Part shown: one piece after another, positions 20,958 through 33,342 of the stretch
Layout of the letters: each line of letters starts with the position of its first letter
Position numbering within the stretch: the stretch's first letter is position 1
Source of the DNA: Vitrella brassicaformis CCMP3155
Lineage: Eukaryota; Protista; Chromerida
Assembly: GCA_001179505.1 (NCBI GenBank)
Contig: CDMY01000193.1
Span: 62,001 to 126,000 of the forward strand
Length of the DNA: 64,000 nt
Direction: 5' to 3'
The notes under the pieces: model-generated
Told to the model about the DNA's origin: nothing
Databases searched by the model: none
What the model saw: the letters and a program-made list of their open reading frames with translations, nothing else
Made by a program: the position numbers and the translations under genes

Positions 20958-23400
20958 ATGCTGCCTGTGCGCATTGCAGGCAGATGCCCTTGCAGCAGCC
21001 CTCAACTCATCGCAGCCCAAGCAGCGCGACGCTTTGCCACAGCAGCACAGGATGTAGACCTGGCTGCAGCACGAGGGCTGAGGGAGCTGACGGACGACGT
21101 GTTCGAGGCCGAGATCATCAGCAGCGGACAGCCATGCGTCATCGCAGCATACGCTGAGTGAGAAAACAGAAAGATCATTCAATGATGTTCTTGTGGATGT
21201 CATTCATCTCGAGAGCTTTCGTGTCATTCATTCTCTCGTGCGTTCAGGTGGTCCCGGCCCTCTGTGGAGTTCTGCAATGGTCTGCAGCGGTTGTGCGAGA
21301 AGTTCCCCTTCTTCACATTTGGTCAGTTTGACGTGACGGTCAACCCGCTGGTGTGCTCGAGGCAGGAGATCCGCACCGTCCCCACCATCCAGTTCATCTA
21401 CAAAGGCAAACTCACAGCGGGTAGGCACCTCATACACGTGGGTGGGTGGCATCACACACAGGACGGGAACCATCAATGGACATCGCCTCGCCCTTTCCTC
21501 ACTCACACCAGAGCTGTCGGGTCGTTTCTCTGAGTCGGAGGCGGCCCGGTTCTTGGAGCATTCGTCTACCTACGTGACGGAGCCTCGGGGCCACAACGAT
21601 TCACTGAAGGGGTAAGTCTGGTCATCCTCGGCTTCGGCTGGACAGCTGCAGAGGTGATGTAATCCTTCAATGGATCGATGCACAGGGCGTGGCGGCGCTG
21701 TGAGGACGCTTCCGGCGCTGGGGACATCGCCGCGGCTCAGAATCTGCTAATCAAGGCAAATAAGACAGGCGCACTACGCAGAGAGGCGAGCTGACTTTCC
21801 TCCTGTGTGTCATCCATCCATCAGTTGGAGAGCCACACTCAGGCCAACGATGAATGGGAGCAGTGGACCAAGGCTAGAGTGGCTCTCGAACGACGTAAGC
21901 ATGGCATAGCAGCCCTATAACATCACACACACGGGTCCATGACCACTTGCATGTCACCTCTTACTTCGCTCAGTGGCTCTGACGGTCGGACCGGCCTACT
22001 GCCGCAACCCGATAGACTTGGTGCAGCTCAGGCAAGAGCTCGATGACCTAATCGACACCTTCCCAGAAGAGCTCAGAGCTCCGAGGGTGGGTACGGGGGA
22101 CAACACAACACGCCATCCATATAAATGGGAAACATCCCTTCCCTCCTGTCGATGTGGTTTGTGTTGTGTCTGCTGCAGCATGCGCGAATGGTTGGATCAG
22201 CAGCCGTGCTGCTCTCAGACGATCCCTCGATGACGCTGACGGTGAGCATCAGACGCGCCCATGTGCCCCATTGTGTGTGAGGCCTCTGTCTGTATCGTAT
22301 CCATCATGGGTACAGGGTGTCCTTGAGGAGATTGGCAGCCTCGAGTCGGCTGGCGGCGATGTCGAGTATCCCCTGCTGCCAGCACGGAAACAGACACAGC
22401 AGCCGGAGAACGCCGAAAAGGACGGCACAAGGCAACCCCAGACAGGTAGGGATAGGATACCACATCACAAACAAGAGCCGCTTGTGTGTGGCAATCCGAA
22501 GGTTTTTCGTTGTTCGTGTGTTTATGCAGAGTTGGCCTTCTCGGTGACTCAGTCCCTTCGTCGCAGCATCACCCAGACGTCGCCCGACGCGACTTTCGCC
22601 CCGCCAGCTGAGCCCCTCACTAGCGACGAAGAGCGGCTCGTGAGGCTGCATCGCATCGCCGCCTCCAAGTGCTTCAGGTGCGCTCGCATGAGTGTGTCCA
22701 TGCTGGCAGGCAGCCGAGAGGTGGACGGGACGCGTGGAAAGGCTTTGTGTTGTTGGTCTGACTGATGTTTGCAATGCAGAGAGGGGCGCTACGATGACGC
22801 ATTCGACCATGCCATCCAGGTAGGTAGCCTATCGGTGCCTGTGGGTGAGAGTTCTGTGACGTGACGGTTCCACCCCATTCATTTGTGACGTCCGTCCGTC
22901 AGGGGTACCGTCTGGACACATCCAAGGGCCGTCTGGTGTCCCATCTCAACCACGAGAGGACCGCCCTCACCTCACGAGCTATGCTTCAGAACCTCGCTAC
23001 CGCTCTGGGTAGATGTGTGTGCCCCAGCGGCCAATGAGGCAGGCTCGTTGACTCGTTGTTCTCTCACTTGTTGGCCTGTGCAGGTGGGTCCCACCCGGCC
23101 ATGCAGGAGGCTCGTGCGAAGCTGGACGCCCTGTGCCACCCCGACGGCCCGCAGGTAATGCGTCGCATCCCGCCCTGCACCAATGCCTTCGGAGGGATCG
23201 GCAGAAGGGTACGCACCGCACACATCACACACACACGGGGTTTGGTTTGAGCTGTCTGTGTTTGGTGTATGGTGTGGCATTGATTGGTGGCTCAGGAGCG
23301 TGGCAACTGGCGCCGCAAGTGGACGTGGCACGGCCCCGACTGGAAGCCCCCCTGGGCACCCAAGGTGGCGTGGAAGCCCGAGGACTGGGCATGGCCATAG
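20958..23400 (+). CDS. Thioredoxin-like + TPR protein of CnoX/YbbN type with mitochondrial-like presequence and Trp-rich tail
   Basis: MLPVRIAGR...AARRFATAA presequence. Trx fold LTDDVFEAEII...AYAEWSRPS...DVTVNP...IRTVPTIQFIYKGK. Helical repeats, EGRYDDAFDHAIQ, ALGGSHPAMQEARAKL. Last exon ERGNWRRKWTWHGPDWKPPWAPKVAWKPEDWAWP*. Confidence 0.72.
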
Positions 23401-23702
23401 ACAGACATACAGGGAGGGAGAGGGAGAGCCAGACGGGAGAAGGGAGGGACACAGGGTTCGACAAACTACGTGCCGCACGGACCGGACCGCATGTGCGCTG
23501 TATCGTGTCATTGTGGCGTAAGGGGAGGGATCAACAATGATGCATTGCATGGCAACAACTTTTTTGTGTCAGTCGTTGTCCGTCCGGTCATTGTCCTGTG
23601 CACTCACTGTACACTCATGTAGTCACTCACATTGAGCCATCATCCATCACTCACAAGCAAGGCAAGCCGACAGGCCGGTCAGTCAGTCACTTCATCGGTC
23701 AG

Positions 23703-26621
23703 TCAGTGTCTCCAGATCTTGAGGATGCGGTCCTTCGAACCTGAGCAATGAAGACAACCGACCACACACACACACACACACACACCACCCATGAGACAGA
23801 CACACACATGGCTGCCAGTGCTGTTTCTTTTTGTGGCTCGGCTCACCCGACGCCACTCGTGCCCCATCTGGGCTCCAATCCACAGCGTACACCTACACAC
23901 ATGACACAGAGAGAAAGACATCGAAGTAAGATTGTCCTGGTCCCTCTGCCCTCCCTCCCTCCATCCCTCCCTGTGTGCGTCTGCGCGCATGTCTGACCTC
24001 GTCGGCATGGCCTGGCAGATCCTCACGGAGCTTGCGCTTCAAGATGTCCCATACCTACAAACGCATTCATGCCATGCACACCATTGGCATTTTCCTCTCG
24101 CGCCGGTCGTGGTGGGTGAGTGGCTGCCTTGCCCACCTTGACGGTGCTGTCTTTGCTGCCGCTAACGAGCATGCGGCTGTCCGCCGACCAGCACACCTGG
24201 TACACGTCTCCCACGTGGCCTCGCAGAGTCGCGATGAACTTGCCAGTCTTCCCGTCCCACAAACTGAATGTACCACACACACACACACACACACACACAA
24301 CAGGAATCCCTTCTGACCAGCAGCGCATTGCAGGGACTGACCGGATGGACTTGTCGAATGAGGCCGAGGCGATGAAGCGGCCGTCGGGGGAAAAACTGAC
24401 CTGAGCAGATGGGTGACGGATCGACATACAGATGCATGGAGGTGACCTGGCATGTGTGTGTTCGGTGGGTCAAGGGTCCCTGCTGACGTGGTTGACGACT
24501 TTTTGGTGTCCGGTCATTCTGCAGATGGGTTTGCGCGACTCGCCGGGCTGCCACAGGAACATTGTGAAGTCGTCGGAACCGCTCAGCAGCCGCTCTCCAC
24601 CACACTGACACGAGAAACCACACACACACACACAACACACAATACAATTCACAACACACAACACACACACGTACAGGAAGAGAATGGATGCAATGACGTC
24701 TTTCTCACCGCCTTGACGCCCTCATCGTATCTGCTTTGCGCAGCCGAGCGCATGGCATCAAACGGTGAAAAGCTCTGCAGGGGATCGTTGACGCAGAGAA
24801 CAGACGCGTAATGCATTGCAATGCATCCCACTTGAGCTTTTACAGCGGAACACAGCACAGCGCATGCCTGTGGGTTTTGGGGGTCGAATGGGCCGCTCCG
24901 CAGGACGTGCTCGGTGTTGAGGGCCAGCGTGTTGACCCAATGGGCGTGACCTGACCAACAGCCAAGCGATAAGGATCACGGGAGGGAAAGATGCAGATGT
25001 TCTATATTGATTTTGTCTTACCCTTTAGTTCTTTGGTCATTTTGCCGTTGTCAGGGTTCCACACCTTGACTGATCGGTCACGAGAGGCGCTGTACACCAA
25101 GCCCTCAGACTCACCCGACCACCGAATCTGGGAGAGAGACAGACAGACGGACACACACGGGGACACGCGAGAAGGGCAAGTCACGTTTTGTGTGCAGATA
25201 GCTCGTTGTGGGTGTGCACACAGCACCTGTGTGACTGCAGCAGAGTGTCCCGAGAGGCAGATGAGTGTGGTGCCCAACACAATGTCCCACACCCTTATCG
25301 TGCAGTCCTTCGACGCACTTAACGACAACACATCCATACATAACACGAAACACACACACATACAAAGGTGTCAGTCAGATCGAATTCGATCGTCCCCTCT
25401 CCTCTCCCCCCTCTTGCTCGGTCCACCTACCCACCTGGCCAGTCTGGGCACTGTGCGTGAGGCGTCGGTGTCACTGCTCCTGCCTACCAAGTGGAGGGGC
25501 TCCCACACCACACACGTCACAGGCTGCACACACATGGGAATGACAGAAGCAGCGTCCACATATCGGCCGATCCTCTCCCTCCCCGTGTCTCCGTGCGGTT
25601 CTCACCCCCGAGTGTCCCCTGAGCGGCACCCCCACAGGTGTCCCCTTCGGCCGCTCCCACACACGCACGCTGTGATCCTGACGTAGATGCACACACACAT
25701 AATACAGGACAGTGGCAGGCTGCGGCTGTCTGTCTCCTCTCGCCCTGCTTCCCACGTACCATCCCTGCTGATGCGACTTTGGTAGCGTCCGGGCTCCAGG
25801 CGACACACAGCACCCAGTTGGTGTGGCCCTTGCACGTCGCGCCCGGCAGCTCGGTCGCCAAATCCCACAGACGCACCTGACACACACAGGCAGCCAGCCA
25901 GATGAGATGAGTGTCTTTCAATCATCATGCGAGCATCGATCCATCCATCCACGTCTGGCCGTCCTCACCGTGGTGTCCCCCGACCCCGACGCGAGCGACC
26001 TGCCGTCCGGACTGAAGGACACGCACAGCACCGCCTCGGTGTGACCTGAACACACACACACATACGCACACACGATGAAATGAATGGCTGGCTGCTTGTG
26101 ACGATGTTTGGTGCTGACTGACCTTCCAGCGATGCGGTGCATCGTGTGACGGGCCGCACGCGGAAGGCGGCGAGGGGGTGGTAAGTGATGCGCAAAACAC
26201 GCTCCGACGAACCCGCATGACCCTTGAGCTGAGCGAAACTCTCGCGCAATGTTGTCGAGATCTGCGGGACAGAATCACACACACATGGATCTTTGTGTGA
26301 GCATGTAGGTGGAGATTCTGTCACACCTCTACGGTGTTGTCGTCGAGCGTGAATGAGTAGGGCTGTTTCTCCTCGTTGCTGAGGAGCTCGTTCAACAGCT
26401 GCTCAAGCTGATCTTTCGTCGTCCTGCAGCCAACACAGTCAGCACACCACAAGCACACGCAGTTTCCATGAATGAATTGCTCCCTCCGCATCTCCCGTCG
26501 TGTCCTTCGCTGCAGCGTCCACTCACTCCATGGACAGGTCGACCTGCGGTCCGTTTGCTGCGCCATCGGGGTCGACAAACTGCACTATCAGCTGATCACT
26601 CGAACCTTCACCTGCCATCAT
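23703..26621 (-). CDS. NLE1: Notchless / Rsa4 WD40 ribosome-assembly protein
   Basis: NLE domain LIVQFVDPDG...QLEQLLNELL...PYSF, FRVRPVTRCTASLEGHTEAVL, GHAHWVNTLALNTEHVLR, ERLLSGSDDFTMFLW, EDLPGHADEVYAVDWSPDG, SKDRILKIWRH*. Confidence 0.96.
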
Positions 26622-26646
26622 TCCCTTCACCACTCTGAATCGGGTG

Positions 26647-26693
26647 CAGGGTTTTCTAGCGCAGGGTTTGCAGGGTCAAGGGTTTCGCAGGGG
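26647..26693. promoter_or_regulatory. Cluster of telobox-like (AAACCCT) motifs upstream of NLE1
   Basis: CAGGGTTTT, CAGGGTTT, CAGGGTC, AAGGGTTT and CAGGGG within 47 bp, about 25-70 bp upstream of the NLE1 ATG. Confidence 0.35.
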
Positions 26694-26816
26694 CCGTGCG
26701 GGTTGTCGGAGAGGCGGCACAACCTCGAACAGCCTGTTGAGGAGGCCGTTCTTTGGATGGCTACCGATGGAATCAGGTGAAAAACACCCAGGCGAGCAGC
26801 GCCTCCCCCACCAGTA

Positions 26817-28717
26817 ATGGCTTCGCGCGTGTCTGTGCGCTGTGCAGATGAGCGTGTTGCTGGTTCGTCTGCCTTGGATCTGCCTGCCATCAGCAACACT
26901 GGGGCGAGCCAGCCGGTCAGCGGAGGCAAATTGCGAGGAAGACCACAAAGACCGCAGAGAAAACGTGCTTCTCTTCCCGTGATTTGTTGGTTGCAGGCGT
27001 CCGCTGCTGATGGCCTACGTAGCCTCCGAGATGAGCTTCATCGCATAGCTATGCTGACTGAGGCGATTCAGTCAAAGGTAACACACACGAGGCTGACAGT
27101 CAGGCGGCTACTTGACGGTCGGGCGCATTGGTTATTGGTTGGTGCAGTTCTCGGCTGATGGTGAGTCGCGGGCGAAGCGGCTGCTGCACTGCCGACCGGA
27201 TGTCCAGGTGAGGAACGCTCGTGGATGGATGTGGAAGCCCCTGACATCCACGCGGTTTGTATGGCTGAGTGTTTGTGTGCAGTGTGAGTTGTCGGCCATG
27301 GCGAGCGGCCTGGCGCATATCGACGCCCTCTTAGATAGACCCAAACAGGTGGGCACTCATGTCCACAGCAAACACACATCTGCCCAGGGCGGACTTACGA
27401 GGTGTGGCGTGCCGTCAGGTGGGGGTTGGCGAATCGATGGACATAGCCTCGGTGCTCTGGCTGATTTGAGTGCGGCCCTCAACACCATCTGGAGTAGACA
27501 AGACAGGCAGGGTGAGATACACAGACACGCCAACATTCACCAACACGTACCCTCGATGATGTGCTTCTCCTCATTTGACCAGGCGTCAAGAAGACCATCG
27601 AGATCACCTACGAGAGCCCCACCATCAGCCACAGCTTCGGCGACGAGACCCGGCCCATTCACGCCTTCCTCGACTGGGCACGGCGGCTGGGTGTGACCGT
27701 CGAGTGGCAGCTGGACGGCTTCGGGATGGTGACACTGGACTGCAGCAAGCGTGTGCCGAGTGCCCCGCCGGCTGTGTGTGGGCCGGTCGCTGACGTGATC
27801 AACAAGATGGCGAGCCAGGCACAGCGGGTAATAAGCTGAAATACACTCATAGCAAAACCTCGACCCACGGGATGGTCTGTGGGTGCTGTGTATGCCTTCA
27901 GGTGGAGATCAAGTGCGGCGGCAGTCCTCTGCACCACACATGGCGACACCTGCTGAGTTTCCCCAAGGCCGATGAGCTGCGCATCGAGGAGGGCGACGGC
28001 AATCCGCCGATCCAGCGGACCGTCAAGAGCATTCCCACCTGGCTGCTCGAGGTCGGCCAGGACGGCAATAACGTGCGGCTCCCCGCCATCGACACCTTCT
28101 GGGGCGAGCTAGGCCTGAGTGTTGACGGGCGGGCACATTTGCCCGCCCGACCCCGAACCCTCACTCGACTGCTGGGCAGCCTGCGTCATCTCACCTTTGT
28201 CGAGCTCTCCTCTGCTAGCCTTCCTATCGTGTATGAGTGCGTGTCGTGCACGAGTGTCGATAAACTAGATAGGGTTGTGCTCCATGTGGGCCCACGCATG
28301 AGTGCACTGCCTGAGCACATCAGCCAGAAGCTGCCGGCCGTGAAATACCTCAGTGTGGAGGTGTCAGATGCCGTTATGCACGATGATGTCTGGCGGGTAG
28401 TCGAGGGCGCAGATGCGTTGTCGATCGTGGGTTTTGTGCGCCAGCTGCGTCCGCACGAGGCCGAGCTTAGACTCGGCATACACGATGACGCATTGGCCAG
28501 CCACGACTATGGGGGGATAGGGGGAGATGAGCTAGACGAGGCCATAGTCGAGTACGGGACCACTTGGACCGAGGCGCTCGGCTTCCAGTGCTTCCAGCAA
28601 GTCATGGAGACACAGCATCTCACACATGCATCCGCCAGCTGTCACACGATTGAAGGCGAATTCGGTGAGCCTGAGTTCAGCCACGCCGATCTGCATCTGG
28701 TATTCGTGGCCAAGTAG
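26817..28717 (+). CDS. Lineage-specific hypothetical protein (resembles the expanded Vitrella unknown-function family); start uncertain
   Basis: Several short exons, then HAFLDWARRLGVTVEW...LDCSKRVPSAPPAVCGPVADVINKMASQA and a long terminal exon (ORF 27872-28717) with LTRLLGSLRHL; stop TAG. Confidence 0.65.
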
Positions 28718-29456
28718 AGGGGGCGACAGAACGGACAAGGGCCATGAGTGAGCCTTTCGTGTGCATGCCATGGACTGCATTGCATGACTTGAAAGACGGA
28801 TGGTATTGAGATAAACCGATGGCTCTTTCGTGTTCAACTTGGGTCATACAAACAAAACCAAACCCATCCTATCCTGCTCCGCTCTGCTCTGCTCTGCTCA
28901 GCTCGCCATGGGACAGAGCGCGCTGCACACGAGTACGCCTGATAAAGACCCCATGACGTGTCTCGCTTCTGATGCTCACAAAACGCTCAGGCCAGCCCGC
29001 ACGAGTGCGTACGAACTTGAGCAGGCAGAGAAGTGCACTCACACACACCACAAACCTGTCAGTCCCCTTCTCTACCCTCGCTGTCACGAACGACAAGACC
29101 CTCATGCAAGGGGGGGCAAAACACGACAACACCAACACGTCACACACATGAACTTACCGTTAACCTTAGCACACTGGCTGTCATGTCCATCACGTCACGC
29201 ATTTCATAAATGAGGTCTCTGCGGCACAAGCGCACGCCACACGCACATGTATGTGTGGACGAAGCCGACCCACTCTCACCCAGCAACTCATTCTTTGAGC
29301 CACGTTCCGCGTGCTTGCTCCGTCCATCTTATCTGTGCACAGAGCAGAAGCAGGCCGAGACACGGCTGGCGAGCTGGGTGGTGTGGCTGGGCTCTCCTTT
29401 TTCAGATAGTAGGAAGTACAAAACCATCCCCCAACCATCACTACGTTACGCACGGA

Positions 29457-31871
29457 TCACGCCCCACCATACAAGGGGGCCGAGGCAACAGACGGCGTAC
29501 GCACCTTGGCTGCCGGTCTGCTGCCCCCGCCACATTCACTAATGTAACACTCGAAGTTGTGCCCGTCATCCGGACATACCTCAGAGATGGTCGCCAGCAC
29601 GACGGGGCTGCCGGGGAATGACATGGTCGGCTGCGACCGCCTCTTCCGCTGCTGCGGCAATGGTAGCGACCTCACACTGCTGCTGCCGCTCCCGGCCGTC
29701 CCCGAGCTGTGGTCCGAGCCTGTCGCCGCTGACCGCCTCTCGGGCAGAAGGGCCAATCGGTGGCTGCTCAATGTCACTGCTCGTTTCTTGCCCTTGTTGT
29801 CATGATGGTGGTGGATGGGCGACGCCCCATCGCTGACGTGCGGCACCACCGGGGGCCGAGAGGGAGGGGGAGGCGGGCCCGGGGAAGAGTCCGATAAGGC
29901 CCTGGCGCCCTTCGACTCGCTCGAGAAGGATGGCGGCCGCGATGTCCTGCCCCTGGCGGAGTGGGTAGGTTGGAAAGGGGAAGGAGATGGCAAGGGGGCG
30001 GGTGGAGGGTCGTCGGGCTTCTTGTCGGTCGGCTGGCTGGATGTGGACGTCGTCTCGCGGATGGCTACTATTGCCAGGCCAGGATCGGTGGCATCGGTGA
30101 GGGCCGTCAGGTGCACCGTAACCCACCCTCTAGACGGCACCTTAACCTTCAAACAAGAGAAAAATCGAAGCCATCACTTGACTGGACCAGCCTGCGATGG
30201 GAAGTGTTCCCATCGCACACACGCTTACACGTACGCACCTGCTGCAGATGGTCCTTCAGGGAGCCGGCAGCAGAGAGCCGCCTGCATGCTGCACGTGGTA
30301 AGATGACGGCGGATGGCACGCCCATAAGGGTACCGCCCATGAACAGGTTCAGGGTGCTTGAGCTATGGACGATCGACGACGTGTCTTGCAGCTCAAGCAC
30401 CCCCTGAGCACATCGCAAGACGATAATAACTCAGTTATGCAGGCCATGTTGCCACATGTTTTCTCACCCATCCGTCGAAGTGAAGGTCGACCAGTGCCCT
30501 CATCCAGTTGGCCTCTTGATCCTTCCTCCTCTCTCGTACTCGATCGCTGACACACAAACCCATGCAGTCTGTTTGTGTGTGTGTGTGGGTGGGTGTGTGT
30601 CGTTGCTGATCGTGCTCACTGTGTAGTGTCTTGTATCATCCCCCATAGGAAGCCCGGTATGTTCTGCGCCTCCTGACCTCCCACCTTGAACCATCTACAG
30701 GAACACAGACACACACGATATGTGTACGCACCTGGTCTGTGGGAAGGTTCAATTACCTGATCGAGCCGTCCTGCCTCTCATATTCGAGCTCAAGCATGAA
30801 GGGCGTCCGCCGACAACCGAACAACGCCTGCACGGCAGACCATGGAAGCCAACACACGCGCAGAAACCATCAGTCGATCGCGAAGCAGCCGACTCACTCA
30901 CCGCGAAGGCGTTTCTGAGTTGTGTCCTTCCTGGCTCGAGGAAGTATTCAGTCCACCAGATGAAGTCAGCGTCCGGTTCCTCACCGTCGGCCGGCGACGA
31001 GCTGGCACCCCCGCCGTCCCCAAAGTGATGGTGGTGCTCCCTTGGCGACCTCTTGCCGTTGCCCGTCCTGCCCGTGAGCGTCTGCCACACTCTGTCTAGA
31101 AAGATCTCACCCGTCCGCTTCTTGGCTGCTGGCTTGTGGGGGTCGGTGGCGTCCTGGTAGAGGTCGCAGCCCCAAGCCATGGCACCCATCTGCAGGCATC
31201 GATCACATACGTACGCACGTACGTGTATGGGGGAGAGGGGCGGCGTGTGTGGGGTGGTAGTTACCTGTTGGCCAACGGCTTCAACGAGGGAGGAGAGCTT
31301 GACTTGCTCTCGAAATCGCTCAGACACGTCCTTGAGGCACACAAGAAAGAGCAGGGGCTCCCTGCTGTAGACCTTCACATACACCTGAAGCCGTACAACA
31401 CACAAACACAAACACAGACCACAAGAATCACTCAGGCAACACCCCACTGCAAGCGCCCACCCATCGTATACATCACTCACCTCGCAGTGGCAGAATTCCT
31501 CGCCTTCCTTGCCTTTGGACTCACCGCACCCCGTCGACTCCTTCTGTCCGAATCGCTTCACCTTGAGAATGGGCGCAGTGGACTTGGACTTGCCATTCTG
31601 TGGCTCGTCCCTCAGCGCCGCGTCGAAGAGATCGCTCAGTGTGGCCGTGGTGATGCCGATGAGCTCCGACAGGTGGCGGCCATAGAGTGAGGATTCGCCC
31701 AGCAGCCTGTCCGCATGCGGGGAGGCGTCGATGCACGTGGCGTCGAGGCCGGCCAGCAGCACAATGTCGTGGCCGCAGTTGACCAGAAACGTCAGCTGGC
31801 TCTTGGTCCGGCTGTGGGTCTTGAAGTTGCGACGCTGCATCCGCTCCTGCGCGACACACCATGTACCGATC

Positions 31872-31909
<38 letters not shown>

Positions 31910-33056
31910 GTGTGTTCGTGTGTACGCGTGTGACGTATACGGCTGGCTGGGCTGACCGTGTTGAACGAGGTAATGAGTGAAAGGGCGATAGGCAGCAGAA
32001 TGCCGAGAAGGAGTCTCATCTGGTCCTCCCTGTCCCCTTGTCCGCCGTGGCCCAGCATGACGCAAGCAAAGCTCAGGCTCCACGAGAACAGTATCATGGT
32101 GGCCCTCTCTATCGACCGACTGAGGGAAGGAAGACACACAGCCCTTTCTTCTCTTGTCGGCATTGTCTTGCAAGGTCTGTCTGTCTGTCTGTCTATCTGT
32201 CTTTGTGCGTATACTACATGCTTACAGCCAGGGGCAAGCGTTGAGCCAGACCAGATTGACCATCACCGGCCAGCCGGGACCTACGGGCGCTTTGCTCGGA
32301 TGGATGTTGACGTACTTCTCCCGAACGTAGTCATTGATGCCTGTCGAAACGAATTACGACATCCAAGCAAAGCCGTGCGGTGGGGTGCGGTGTGTTGCGT
32401 TGCGTTGCGTTGCGTTGCGTTGCGTTGCGTCCAGCCCAGCCCGGCCCGGCTTCTCTGTCGCTGCTCACCGATTGAGATGAGAAAGAACACAATGTAGGTG
32501 AAGAAGGTCACGTGTGCGGCGTACAAGCGGCGGCTCTCCGACGGGCGAAACAGCCGATAGTACAAGAGGCTGACAGTGCTTGCGATGACGGGGATGGTTC
32601 GCGCGAAGGAGAGCGTGACGATAATCAGCTGTTTGTCGAGCGAGTAGGACGGAAAGGCCGACCAGTCGACACTCCATCCTTTGAGGATCGCCTGTGCAGG
32701 CAACGAACGCATGATGAATCAGTGATTCGACGATTGCGGCGATTGATTCAAGACGCATACAAACACATGAGATGGTTCTGGGCTTCGTACCCCTAAGGCG
32801 TAGAAGGCGCAGAAACACGACACAGGGTAAAACACCGTCTCCGTCCCATCGTACTGCTGTGCGCGGTACTCGGCCTCTGATGCGCAGACACAAGCAAACG
32901 GACATGCGCCGCCTCCCAGCACAATTGATTGATTCACCTTGAGTCGTCTGTTGTCTTACCCAGTTGTTCGTTTCGAAAGAGCAGCTCACGAGCAATGAGC
33001 CTCTCCCTCAGCGACGTCCGTACGCCTCTAAAACACCGGAGCGCGAGGCTCCACAT
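29457..33056 (-). CDS. Six-TM membrane protein with three PAS/PAC-like domains and a disordered tail; no catalytic output domain seen
   Basis: Spliced MWSLALR...LLFRNEQLEAEYRAQQ, six hydrophobic segments, ERMQRRNF. PAS-like units: ASPHADRLLGESSLYGRHLSELI...LFLVCLKDVSE; LELEYERQDGSIRWFKVGG...LWGMIQDTT; HSSSTLNLFMGG...LAIVAIRE. Confidence 0.7.
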
Positions 33057-33197
33057 CGGTTCCTCAAAAGATCTTCAATCCTTCAGACATGAGAGATACA
33101 AGCAGATGAGTCGAGGTCCCTGACAAAGATCCGCGCACCCCCGCTTTCAAAGTGGGAAAAGCTCGCAAGCCTCAGGCCTTTAGGAACAGGTCGCTCG

Positions 33198-33269
33198 TCA
33201 AACCCATAACCGACCGGCCGAGCGTGCATGGGTGATTCAAACCCATAACCGACCGGCCGAGCGTGCATG
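33198..33269. repeat. Perfect 33-bp direct repeat, period 39
   Basis: TCAAACCCATAACCGACCGGCCGAGCGTGCATG at 33198-33230 and 33237-33269, in the divergent intergenic region. Confidence 0.95.
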
Positions 33270-33342
33270 ATTCCAGTTGCGTGTCGTTCGTTTGATTGTG
33301 CGTGAAAGTCATGGGACTTGGCCGTCACTCCCGGCAAAGCAA

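Noticed and set aside
33198-33269. CRISPR array or transposon end
   Set aside because: Only two copies with a 6-bp gap. No spacers, cas genes, terminal inverted repeats or transposase.
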